A stretch of DNA of 64,000 nucleotides from IMG/VR virus record IMGVR_UViG_2597490289_000004, positions 1-64,000 of that record. One strand, given 5' to 3'. Shown one piece after another: positions 32,579-42,690 of this stretch. Numbering within the stretch: position 1 is the first letter of the stretch; each line of letters opens with the position of its first letter. A program made the translations under genes and the position numbers. Below the pieces are notes generated by a model. That model ran no database searches. It was given only the letters and a program-made list of their open reading frames with translations, and was not told the DNA's origin. The DNA comes from a virus (Duplodnaviria > Caudoviricetes).

Positions 32579-34335
32579 AAATAAGGAATATAAAAATAGA
32601 TTAATTCATATATTTATTGTATATAAATTTCATTTGTCATGTAGTGAACTTTATAATGTATCCTGAACAATAAAAAAGTAGTAGTGTATCAAAGTTTTAT
32701 ATACTACTACTTTTTTAGTACATATAATTTAGAAATAATATTAAGGAACATTAGTATTAATAATGAATATATTACTAATATAATGATTGCTGGTTAAAGA
32801 ATGTATTAGTTGACATAAAATCCTACTTGTTGTAATTTTAATAACTATAAATTGCCCCAAAGCATAGAAGTAAAAATTTATAGTAGTATATCAATAATTT
32901 TATCATTGAACAAAAAAAGTTAGTGGCGTATAAGTTTAATATACATGCCACTAACTTTTATTTATGTTATATAAAAGTCAGAGATAATAGGAGAAAATTT
33001 CATATATTAAATATATTATAACACACATAATAGACAATTTATATATAATTTTACTTTTTATTGATATTATATAGATTAAAAAATAATATAAATGAACAAT
33101 TATATAAAATCTATTAGCAAAAAATATAACTTAAGAGATAGTTTTAATATGATCTTAAGTTATACTTTTTGTATTTATGCTATAATATGTGTGTCTAGAT
33201 TACACATAAAATTAGAAAGCACAAAAAAGAACAGTATATATTAAATTATATATACTGTTCTTTTTATGTTATAATTTAGATATTATAAACATATATGGAA
33301 ATATAAAGTCAGATAAAGGGGAAAAATTATGTTAACAAGAAGACAAAAGGAAATATTCGATGTTATTAGGGAATACATAGAAAAAGAAAAAATATCACCA
33401 ACAGTAAAAGAAATTTGTAAGATATTTGGTTTTACATCTACTTCAAAAGTATATGGGTATATTTATAAAGATAATACTGATTTAATAAATATACAAATAA
33501 GAGAAAATCAATAATAAGATCAGTACATAGTAATAAAGATAAAACAATTATATCATTTAATACAGAGGAAAGTTAAATATAATAGTAATAATTGTATATA
33601 TATGTGTCTAAATTACACATAAAATTAGAAAACGAAGGGTAGCAGATAGGAGAAATCTTATTTGCTACCCTTTCTTTTTATATTATAATCATATATAGAA
33701 ATAACCTAGGAGAATAGAAGAACTTTATAAACGTATAACTAAAAACTTAGCTATGTTTTTAGAAGCTGATTATACAGGTATAATATAAAAACAAGGAATA
33801 TAAAAATAGATTAATTCATATATTTATGATATATACATTTCACTCATGATGTAGATGAACCTTACAATTAATATCCTGAACAATAAAAAAGTAGTAGTGT
33901 ATCAAAGTTTTATATACTACTACTTTTTTAGTACATCTAATTTAGAAATAATATTTAAGGAACATTATTATTAATAATGAATATATTAATAATATAATGA
34001 TTGTTAGTTAAAGAGTGTATTAATTGTCATTAAATCCTATTTATATAAGTTAACTAAACGCATAGAAGCAAAAATTTATAGTAGTATATAAATAATTTTA
34101 TTACTGGACAAAAAAGTAAGTAACATGTAGATCAAGTCTATATGCCACTTACTTTTTTATTTGTAGTATTTAGAATGTAAAGATTGTAATTAGGAATAAA
34201 TTATAATACGTTGAATATATTATAACATGTTAGATAATTAATTTCTATGTTACAATTTTATTAAATTTTTATAGTTCACAATTCAAAAATATAACTTAAT
34301 GGGAATTATATATTCTCTTAAGTTATATTTTTTTT
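32541..34335 (+). repeat. Diverged duplication (about 32541-33170 vs 33751-34335) of a non-coding promoter/terminator block
   Basis: Shared endolysin 3' end, promoter strings and terminator stems are visible in both copies. Confidence 0.9.
33329..33514 (+). pseudogene. LexA N-terminal DNA-binding-domain remnant
   Basis: LTRRQKEIFD.I...SPTVKEIC..FGFTSTS.V, then degenerates. Confidence 0.7.
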
Positions 34336-34501
34336 GCATTATATTCTATTTTAAATATATGATATCTAATAAAAAACAACCTAATTTAGAGGCATTATAT
34401 AAAGTTTCTAAAAAATTAAATTTAAAAATAACCCTATACAGAGATTTTTATGATGAACATTGCATAAAAATAATTATAAGTAATATAGGAGCTTTAATAA
34501 G

Positions 34502-36328
34502 ATGAACTCAAGATTATGTCCAGGATATTATTCTGCAGATTCAGCTAATTTTTTAGTTGAATATAGAGGAAATTTTAAAAATGAAATAGATAATGTATCA
34601 TACGCTTGTGGAGATATATTAACAAATACTATAGGAGTCATATCATTACCTTATGAATATTTAGATCAAGTATTGATAGATGTTCCATCAATTAAGTTTA
34701 TTGATTTTAGAAGTATGTCTGTATTGCAAGATATTTCTCCAAGTTCAATTGATCAGATATTAGCAATTAAAAAAAATCCATATTTAAATTTAACAGGAAA
34801 AGGTGTACTTGTAGGAATTGTAGATACAGGAATAGATTATTTAAACAATGAATTTATTAGAGAGGATGGAACATCAAGAATAGCTGCAATATGGGATCAG
34901 ACGATACAGGATGTTAAAGCAGAATCAGTTTATTTAGGAAATATTTATTCTAATGAAGAAATAAATAAAGCAATAAATGCATATAAAAATAATCAAGATC
35001 CCTATTCCATTGTTCCATCAAAAGACGATATAAATCATGGAACTGAAATGGCTGGAATAATTGGAGCTAGGGGGTATAATGGAGAATTTCAAGGAGTTGC
35101 AAATGATTGTGAATTTGTAATTGTAAAACTCTTAGAATCTTTAAATTTTCAAAAAATTTTACAGTCAAACAATGTAAAATACACACCAATATATAATTCT
35201 GCCGAAATTGTAGCAGGAATAGAATATTTAAAAAACTATTCAATAAGTATGAACAAACCTATAGTTATTTATTTAGGTATTGGTGCAACAGAAGGAAGTC
35301 ATGACGGTAATAATTTGATTTCGAAATATTTGACTTCTATAGCAAGCATAAGGGGAGTCGCCTTAGTTGCAGGAGTTGGTAATGAAGGAGCAGCAGAAGG
35401 TCATGTATCAGGAACTATTGAAAATGTAGGTGAAACAGATAGCATTGAATTAAACATACCTAGAGAAATGAAAAATTTCTCTTTTCAAATATGGGTAAAA
35501 AGACCAAATAAAATGTCGCTCAATGTTATTTCACCTACTGGAGAAGAAAGTAGTTTTATTCAAGCTAAAAGAAATAAAAGAGAAGAAATTAATTTTGTTT
35601 TTTCAAATGCTAAATTAAAAATCAATTATTATATGCCAGAAGATTTTTCAGGTCACGAAGTTATCCAAGTGATTTTTGAAGATATAAATCCTGGTATATG
35701 GAAATTCATTTTAAGAGGGGACTATATAAGTGATGGTGAGTATAATGCTTGGCTTCAACCTAAAGTTACGTTGCCAGAAAATACAAAGTTTTTAGAACCT
35801 GATCCATTTAGTACATTAACAATTCCATCAACTGCAAGAAAAATTATTACAGTTTCTTATCATGGATTAGTTAATGAGTCTTTAATTGCAACTTCAGGAA
35901 AAGGATTTAATACTAATGGTTTAATTAATCCTGACATTGCTACGGTTGGTATAAACATTTTAACAACAAAGGCATTAGGAGAAACTACTGTTGTATCAGG
36001 AAGTTCAGCTGCTACAGCTGTGGTTGCTGGAGTATGTGCATTACTTTTGCAATGGGGAATTGTTGATGGAAATGATACTACTATGTATTCAACAAAAGTT
36101 AGGAGTTATTTAGTATATGGTGCATATAGAAAGCCTGAACTTGTATACCCAAGTAGAGAAATTGGATATGGAAGTCTTGACATACTAGGAACATTTAATA
36201 TTATAGGTAGAAAATATATGAGATCTAGAAAAAACATAATACTTAAAAACAAAAATTTTATTGAGTATAAAGTTAATAAATTATTTATAAGAGTTCCAAA
36301 GGAGATTATGCCAAATGCCAAAATATAA
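34502..36328 (+). CDS. Csp-like S8 subtilisin protease
   Basis: DTG, HGT, GNE and SGSSAA triad; IWDQT and jelly-roll insert typical of clostridial Csp proteins. Confidence 0.88.
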   Translation: MNSRLCPGYYSADSANFLVEYRGNFKNEIDNVSYACGDILTNTIGVISLPYEYLDQVLIDVPSIKFIDFRSMSVLQDISPSSIDQILAIKKNPYLNLTGKGVLVGIVDTGIDYLNNEFIREDGTSRIAAIWDQTIQDVKAESVYLGNIYSNEEINKAINAYKNNQDPYSIVPSKDDINHGTEMAGIIGARGYNGEFQGVANDCEFVIVKLLESLNFQKILQSNNVKYTPIYNSAEIVAGIEYLKNYSISMNKPIVIYLGIGATEGSHDGNNLISKYLTSIASIRGVALVAGVGNEGAAEGHVSGTIENVGETDSIELNIPREMKNFSFQIWVKRPNKMSLNVISPTGEESSFIQAKRNKREEINFVFSNAKLKINYYMPEDFSGHEVIQVIFEDINPGIWKFILRGDYISDGEYNAWLQPKVTLPENTKFLEPDPFSTLTIPSTARKIITVSYHGLVNESLIATSGKGFNTNGLINPDIATVGINILTTKALGETTVVSGSSAATAVVAGVCALLLQWGIVDGNDTTMYSTKVRSYLVYGAYRKPELVYPSREIGYGSLDILGTFNIIGRKYMRSRKNIILKNKNFIEYKVNKLFIRVPKEIMPNAKI

Positions 36329-38036
36329 ATCTAATATACCTAGAGATATTTTTCATAATACAGATTATAAACACTATATTGTTCAATATCAAGGAAAAGT
36401 AAATGATGAAGCATTGCAAAAGGAAGGATATTATATAGCAATAATTAATGACAAGTATGCTATAATTTCAACCCAAAAAGGGAAAAAAATTAATGTTGAT
36501 GACCCATTATTTTCGGATATAGTGTATATAAAAGGAACTGAAACTTATACCCTTGAAGAAATTAGCCCTATAGAAGCATCACAAGTAAGGAATGTACAAA
36601 TAAATCTACCACTTCAATTAACCGGAAAAGGAGTGGTTGTTGGTATTATTGATACTGGAATTGATTATTTAAGTGATGAATTTATGACTTTGCAGGGAGA
36701 TACTAGAATAGACTGTATATGGGATCAGACAATAACATCAGATAAAGATGGTGAGATTGAGCTTATACCATATGGAGCTTTATATACAAAAGAAAAAATA
36801 AATGAAGCAATAAAAAATTATAATGAAGGAAAAGCTCCTTATGAAATTGTACCAAGTATAGATGAATTTGGGCATGGTACTAGTATGAGTGGCATAATAG
36901 GCGCTACTGGTAAAAATCCAGAACTTAAAGGAGTTGCACCAGATTGTAAGTTTGCAATTGTAAAGCTCATAGAAGATTATTCCAATAAAGCTGCATTTGA
37001 TGCTAAAATACCAATATATAATATTACTTCAATATTTTCTGCATTAGAGTTTTTATATGAATATGCATTAAATAATTCTGTGCCAATGGTCATATACCTT
37101 CCACTTGGAAGTAACTCTGGAAACCATAGAGGAAATGGTATTTTGCCAGAGTATATAGAGTCAATTTCTAATAGTAGAGGCATAGTTGTAGTAACAGGTG
37201 CAGGAAATGAAAGAGATAAGGGAGGTCATGCATCTGGATCTATATCAAATGTAGATGAAGCAAGAAACATAGAATTAAATGTATCCCCAGAACAAAAATA
37301 TTTATGGGCAGAAATTTGGGTAGCTCCACCTAATATAATGACCGTTGATATAGTTTCACCATCAGGAGAAAACACAGGTGTAATTCCAGCTTTAATAAAT
37401 CTTAGTGAAGATTATAATTTTATTTTTGAAAAAACATCAATAAAAGTTGATTTTTATATTCCAGAAGAAAATACAGGAGATGAATTAATACGTATAGAAT
37501 TTTTTAATTTGCAACCAGGAATATGGAAAATAAAATTAATAGCTAATATGGTATTGGATGGAGCATATAACATATGGATACCACAGTATGGATTATCTAT
37601 AGGAGATACATCTTTAAGTCCTTCTGATCCTTTTGGTACATTTACCACTCCTGGTGGAGCAACTTCGATAATTACAGTAGCAGCGTATAATCAAAATAAT
37701 AACAATATAGTAAATTATTCAGGAATGTCATTTTTAGATGATTATATTGACAGAGTTGATATTGCAGCAGGTGGTGTAAATGCATTAGCTGTAGCTCCTA
37801 ATAATGAAACTAAAGTAGTAAATGGTACAAGTGTTGCAGCAGCAGTTGTAGCTGGAACATGTGCAATATTATTTGAATGGGGAATAATAGAAGGAAATGA
37901 TCCATATATGTATTCTCAAACCATGAAGACTTATTTGACTAGAGGTACTAGAAAAAGACCAGGGGATACATATCCTAATCCAGAATGGGGATATGGGATA
38001 TTAGATGTACTTGGAATTTTTTCTAATATGACTTAA
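36315..38036 (+). CDS. Csp-like S8 subtilisin protease
   Basis: DTG, HGT, GNE and NGTSVA triad; YPN..WGYG C-terminus. Confidence 0.9.
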   Translation: MPKYKSNIPRDIFHNTDYKHYIVQYQGKVNDEALQKEGYYIAIINDKYAIISTQKGKKINVDDPLFSDIVYIKGTETYTLEEISPIEASQVRNVQINLPLQLTGKGVVVGIIDTGIDYLSDEFMTLQGDTRIDCIWDQTITSDKDGEIELIPYGALYTKEKINEAIKNYNEGKAPYEIVPSIDEFGHGTSMSGIIGATGKNPELKGVAPDCKFAIVKLIEDYSNKAAFDAKIPIYNITSIFSALEFLYEYALNNSVPMVIYLPLGSNSGNHRGNGILPEYIESISNSRGIVVVTGAGNERDKGGHASGSISNVDEARNIELNVSPEQKYLWAEIWVAPPNIMTVDIVSPSGENTGVIPALINLSEDYNFIFEKTSIKVDFYIPEENTGDELIRIEFFNLQPGIWKIKLIANMVLDGAYNIWIPQYGLSIGDTSLSPSDPFGTFTTPGGATSIITVAAYNQNNNNIVNYSGMSFLDDYIDRVDIAAGGVNALAVAPNNETKVVNGTSVAAAVVAGTCAILFEWGIIEGNDPYMYSQTMKTYLTRGTRKRPGDTYPNPEWGYGILDVLGIFSNMT

Positions 38037-38454
38037 TTAAATATAATTTATTATTATAAATTGTATTCCATATCTTTTATAAATTTTTCAAAGTTTTTCT
38101 TTTGAATATGAAAATTTCTTTTATAAATTTCTGTAGAAGTTAGCACACTATTAAGTTTCATTGAATTCTCCAGTGTGAGTTTTTATTTCAATAATTGGAT
38201 ACCATAATCATTTAAATTTTCCACTATTTGTACCTGATGATCTAAAAAAGCTAAAGTTACTTTTCTATTCCATAAGTATATTTATTTTAACAAATATTAT
38301 TAATATTTATATTAATAAATTTGAAGATAATTATAGAATAAGTAATATTTTTATTTTATTCTTGATAATTATATGTAAAAATATTACAATTAAATAAAAT
38401 ATTAAAATAATCTTATAGATTGTAAATCTTTAAGATTTTTATAGGAGTACAATT

Positions 38455-38655
38455 ATGGGAGTTAAGAATAAATTAAAAGAGATTCGAATGAGAGAATATT
38501 TAATGAACCAAACTGAATTTGCAAAATTACTAGATGCTCCAAGAAGTACGTATTCTCAATGGGAAAGTGGTCTAAGTAATCCTACATTAGAAAAATCCTT
38601 TGAAATAGCTAAAAAATTGAATAAAAAAATAACTGAAATATGGCATTTTGAATAG
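38455..38655 (+). CDS. XRE-family HTH regulator
   Basis: NQTEFAKLL...YSQWESG.SNPTL. Confidence 0.85.
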   Translation: MGVKNKLKEIRMREYLMNQTEFAKLLDAPRSTYSQWESGLSNPTLEKSFEIAKKLNKKITEIWHFE

Positions 38656-38714
38656 TGCCTTATTTTTTTTTATAAGATTACTTAAAAATAATAAAATTTT
38701 CTAAAATTTAAGCA

Positions 38715-38741
38715 ACTTTTCTAAAATAACAGCATAGTATA
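38715..38741 (+). promoter_or_regulatory. Sigma-K-type promoter
   Basis: AC-N16-CATAGTATA upstream of the parM-like gene. Confidence 0.5.
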
Positions 38742-38773
38742 AACTATAAGATTAATCAAAAGGAGTTAAATTT

Positions 38774-39652
38774 ATGAAAAATTATTCGATTTTAGGTGTT
38801 GATGTTGGAAATTCTACTTGCAAAACTAACACTGGTGTTTTATTTAATTCTAAAATTACAGAGGTTGAACCTTTTGGAAAAACAGATACTTTATTTATAG
38901 ATAAAAAATATTACTGGCTGGGAGAAGGGGAGTACGATACAACTTATAGAAAAGTAGACAAAATAAATTATATAAATTTTTTATTTGGAGCTTTGGCCCT
39001 AAGTACAAATACAGTTAGAAATTATGTGGTTCTAGGATTACCATTAAGTCAATACAAAGAAGATAAATCAGCCTTGATAAATATGGTTTTATCTAATAAA
39101 GAAAAATATACAAAAATTAATGGAGTAGAAAAACACTTAATAATAGATGATATAGAAGTGTTTCCAGAAGGTGTAGTTACTTTAGATGATGAATATGAAG
39201 GAATTGTTGTTGATATAGGAGGAAGAACAACGGATTGCGCATTAGTTATTAATGAAAGAGGAAGAAGAAGGATATTAAATCCAATAAGCTTGCCATGTGG
39301 AACCATAAATCTGTATACAGATTTTATAAAAAAATTAAATAATAAATTCAGTTTGGATTTAGTTATGAATGATGCAGAAAGAATAATTAAAAATGGATTA
39401 ATTTTAGATGGAAGAAATACAAATATAGATTTTGCCATGGACGTATATAGAGCTTTCACAGAGAATCTTATAACACAATTACAGGTTGAATATAGCTTAA
39501 GAACAAATTCTATATATCTTACTGGGGGAGGAGTTATATCTTTATATAAAACCATAAAAGAAAGGCTAGGAAATGGAGTTTCACTTCAAGCAAACTCTAT
39601 TTACGCTAATACAAAGGCTTATTATGAATTGGGGTGTTCAATATGGCAGTAG
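38774..39652 (+). CDS. ParM/StbA-family actin-like ATPase
   Basis: GVDVGNSTCK, PEG, VDIGGRTTD and LTGGG actin motifs. Confidence 0.9.
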   Translation: MKNYSILGVDVGNSTCKTNTGVLFNSKITEVEPFGKTDTLFIDKKYYWLGEGEYDTTYRKVDKINYINFLFGALALSTNTVRNYVVLGLPLSQYKEDKSALINMVLSNKEKYTKINGVEKHLIIDDIEVFPEGVVTLDDEYEGIVVDIGGRTTDCALVINERGRRRILNPISLPCGTINLYTDFIKKLNNKFSLDLVMNDAERIIKNGLILDGRNTNIDFAMDVYRAFTENLITQLQVEYSLRTNSIYLTGGGVISLYKTIKERLGNGVSLQANSIYANTKAYYELGCSIWQ

Positions 39653-39822
39653 TTAAACCTGTTAGTTTTAAAAATAAAGAACATGATCTTGTGGAATTTA
39701 TAGGCGAAAGAGATTTTAGTTACTATGTTAAAAATCTTATTAGAAAGGATATGGAACAACAGGAAAGCAAAATAGGACAAATTAAGCCTAAAAAGAAGAG
39801 AAATATAAATTTTGATATATAA
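39643..39822 (+). CDS. ParR-like adaptor (RHH)
   Basis: PVSFK...FSYYVKNLIRKDM; overlaps the parM-like stop. Confidence 0.65.
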   Translation: MAVVKPVSFKNKEHDLVEFIGERDFSYYVKNLIRKDMEQQESKIGQIKPKKKRNINFDI

Positions 39823-40126
39823 AAAAGCCTACCTGTTCAATAGGTAGACTTAGGCTATATCACAGCTTCAGATAGTACTTATCTTTGAGTCTACTGCGTA
39901 GCCACGAAAGAACGCACTACAGTAGCAGTGTATGAGTTAAAAAAATGAAATAGAACTATTTCTAGTTAATTTTATAAATATTAATATTTACATGCATAAA
40001 TTTTTAATTAATTCTAGTGCTATATAAACTCCTGAAGATATAAAAAGAAATTCCATAAAAACATCTCCTTGCTTTTATATCTAAGAGTTTAACCAAAAAT
40101 AATTTTAATATACAGGAGGAAAATAT

Positions 40127-40832
40127 ATGTTCTCAAAAAAGATAACTTATACATTAGAAGAATTTAAAAATTATACTCAATTAACACAAACTGAAAAAAT
40201 AATATACGATTTTTCTAAAGAATTAGATAGTATCCAATTTAATTATAGTAAACATGAAAAATTATATAGAACACTTGCACTTATGTTAGCATCATTGTTA
40301 TTTTTTGAAAAATCGACATATGCAAGTGCTCCAAGCACAGGATACCCTGAAATTGATGAAGGAGCATGGAAGATTGTAAATGGAATTCAAGCTTGTATAT
40401 TTTGGGTATCATTAATGTATTCTTTACGTGCATTATTTCTTATGGCAATCAAAGGGGAGGGAGATTTTAAGAACGCTTTTTTAGGGATTTTAATTTGTGC
40501 AGCTGATTATGGAATTCCGTCAATATTTATAAAAATACCTGGACTTTTTAAATTTTAGGAGGGATTGATTTATGGATGAAATAAAAGAATTTTGTGTAGC
40601 TACTAAAGATTTTTTCATAAATGCTGGAAAGGGACTTTTCTATATTACTCACCCTAGAGATCTAGGACTATTAATTTGGAATGGGTGCGTATATAACAGC
40701 TTTATGATTTGCACTATAATATGTTTAACTTCTCTTATAATTTATATGTGTGGAAATAAGAAAGCTAAATTAGGAGTAACTGGAAGCTTCTTTATTTATA
40801 TGTTAATACACATGCTTAATGCAATATTCTAA
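40127..40832 (+). CDS. Two membrane proteins (40127-40558, 40572-40832)
   Basis: Hydrophobic ORFs with GGAGG RBS. Confidence 0.7.
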
Positions 40833-40846
40833 AAAGGAGAGAATGT

Positions 40847-40990
40847 ATGTTTAAATTCAAAAAAGAACAAACAATGAAATTAAGTGAATACTTTGAACTT
40901 AAGAGTCCTAAATATTGTACTTTACAGATAATACCTCACAGTTCTAATAGAAACTACGATACCGAGATATTAGTACAAACAATAGTATAA
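40847..40990 (+). pseudogene. 47-codon ORF, probably the truncated start of a longer gene
   Basis: AAGGAG RBS; ends abruptly in a hairpin at 40981-41018. Confidence 0.4.
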
Positions 40991-41038
40991 TAATTGCTTG
41001 CAAAATTACTATACTATTATTAATAATAAATATGTTCT

Positions 41039-41281
41039 TTAGTATAATTTAAAATAGGACCAGGATTGATACTCCTGGTCTTTTCTGTTTTTTATAAAAA
41101 ATACGAACACCTTTACAGGATTTAATTTAAGTTCTTTAGATAACTTAATAATAAGATTTATATCTGGATCACACATATTAGGGTAATCTTCTAATTTATT
41201 TAAATATGCTTCTTTAATATTAAGTTTTTTAGACAATTCTTCAATACTCAAACTCATTTCTATCCTTTTCTTTTTTAGCAT
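41039..41281 (-). CDS. XRE-family HTH protein
   Basis: SIEELSKKL..KEAYLNKLE...P. Confidence 0.75.
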   Translation of the reverse strand: MLKKKRIEMSLSIEELSKKLNIKEAYLNKLEDYPNMCDPDINLIIKLSKELKLNPVKVFVFFIKNRKDQEYQSWSYFKLY

Positions 41282-41305
41282 ATTAGAGTGATTTTTAAAT
41301 AATAT

Positions 41306-41458
41306 TCAATCATCACTTTTTATTTTGTAATGGTCTTTTATAATTTTTGCAACCATTTTACTGATTGTGCGGTCTTCGTATTCCGCTTCTTTTTCTAATT
41401 TTTCATATACTTTTTTAGGAATTACAGAAGTAATTCTTGTGTTTTCTTTTTTTATCAT
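41306..41458 (-). CDS. 50-aa ribbon-helix-helix protein, not in the ORF track
   Basis: MIKKENTRITSVIPKKVYEKLEKEAEYEDRTISKMVAKII; AGGGGTGA RBS. Confidence 0.7.
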   Translation of the reverse strand: MIKKENTRITSVIPKKVYEKLEKEAEYEDRTISKMVAKIIKDHYKIKSDD

Positions 41459-41568
41459 AGTGCATCACCCCTAAATTTAAGTATATAAAAAGTGATACAC
41501 TATGTATTAAAAGTGATGAACAGTGCAACACTTTTAATGCACATTTTTTATATTTTAAATTAGTAAGT

Positions 41569-41793
41569 TTAATGTTTATTAGATAAATTGGATTTAATTT
41601 TATCAACAAAGTATAAATAGATTTGCAAGTGTTCAATATCTAATTGTTGAGATAACTTTAAAATTAGTTTTACATTAGGATTGCAAAATTCAGGATGTTT
41701 TTCTAGTTGACATATGGTACTTTTACTAACATTAAGTAATAATGCCAGCTCTTCTTGAGTAAATTTTTTATCTTTTCTCTTTTGTTTTAACAT
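41569..41793 (-). CDS. XRE-family HTH protein
   Basis: TQEELA..L.VSKSTICQLE; paralog of 41039-41281. Confidence 0.8.
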   Translation of the reverse strand: MLKQKRKDKKFTQEELALLLNVSKSTICQLEKHPEFCNPNVKLILKLSQQLDIEHLQIYLYFVDKIKSNLSNKH

Positions 41794-42150
41794 AGAATCA
41801 CCTCATCAAAAATAACGAAATAATATATAAATTCATTATATATAATTCTATAAAATTTAGATATATTCCTTTTAATAAATCTTTTTTAGACAAAATTAGA
41901 TAATATTTATACTATTTTTAAAAACAATTAGAGAAAATAAATATAAAAAATAGTTCAATTGACAATTAATACTTAAAAATAAACAAAATTGACAATTTTT
42001 TAATAAAACTAGATTTACAATATATGTAATACAAATAAAGTGTCGAAAGTTTAATAGCACTAAACTTTTTTTCATGTATAATGAACTCAAAGGCGCCAAT
42101 ATTATTGATATATCAACTTATTTAAAATCACTAGAGAGGTTGAGATAAAT

Positions 42151-42318
42151 ATGAAACTTTACGAAAAAGATAATGAATATATTTTAGATGTATTAGAAGA
42201 TGAAGAAGATAGATTATTAGAAAAGTTAGGAGAAATATTATCAGAAGAAACTAGATATTTATTTTATAGATATGTTTCTGTAATAGAAACTATAAATTGT
42301 ATAAAATCGACATTGTAA
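42151..42318 (+). CDS. 55-aa acidic hypothetical protein
   Basis: GAGGT RBS; terminator at about 42336-42375. Confidence 0.55.
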   Translation: MKLYEKDNEYILDVLEDEEDRLLEKLGEILSEETRYLFYRYVSVIETINCIKSTL

Positions 42319-42378
42319 TAGTTAAATATTTTATGAAAGCTAAGATTAAATCTAAAATATAATCTTAGCTTTTTTATT

Positions 42379-42540
42379 TGACGGCAAAAAAACGTCAAAA
42401 AAAATATGTTTATTTATTCTTATTTATTCTTAAATTTCTTTTGAAATTATGCTGTCAAATGTGTAGTTTAGGTATATTGCAGTATTTTTGTTCATATTTA
42501 TTACATTAAAGATTAACATTAACATGAGATGTATTTAATT
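42379..42540. other. Putative attR region of prophage 1
   Basis: Arm-like repeats GACGGCAAA/AACGTCAAA, then a gene-end-like AACATGAGATGTATTTAA, a terminator, and host-like genes. Confidence 0.4.
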
Positions 42541-42690
42541 AAATTACAAACATCAGCACTGAACGTGTTGGTGTTTTTTGATTTTTATATGGAAAAATAT
42601 AGAGTATAATAGAATTTGCAAAGAAATTTATAGAAATATAGTTTATATTAGATTACTATAAATAATAACTTAGTGATGGGGGTATTAATA

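Larger units (their letters stand above)
1..42540 (+). mobile_element. Prophage 1 (myovirus-type, PBSX/Xkd-like); left part lies outside the window
   Basis: Ordered terminase, portal, capsid, sheath, tube, tape measure, baseplate, fibre, holin and endolysin genes. Right end is inferred from an att-like region at about 42380-42540. Confidence 0.93.

Noticed and set aside
34275-34298. Extra 24-bp site TTCACAAT/TCAAAAAT/ATAACTTA
   Set aside because: Left arm is perfect, but the right arm is poor and part of a terminator stem, with no adjacent cassette gene; not counted.
32580-34335. CRISPR array or DGR template/variable repeat pair
   Set aside because: No constant repeat with regular spacers, no cas or reverse transcriptase gene, and the differences between copies are not limited to adenines.
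34299-34505. 68-aa ORF before the Csp genes
   Set aside because: Starts inside a terminator; only QPNLEALYKVSKKL looks like an XRE remnant.
39988-40056. 22-aa hydrophobic minus-strand ORF as a type I toxin
   Set aside because: It has an RBS, but no clear antisense unit; it could be a truncated membrane gene.
42041-42047. Spo0A box TGTCGAA
   Set aside because: A single 7-mer is expected by chance.
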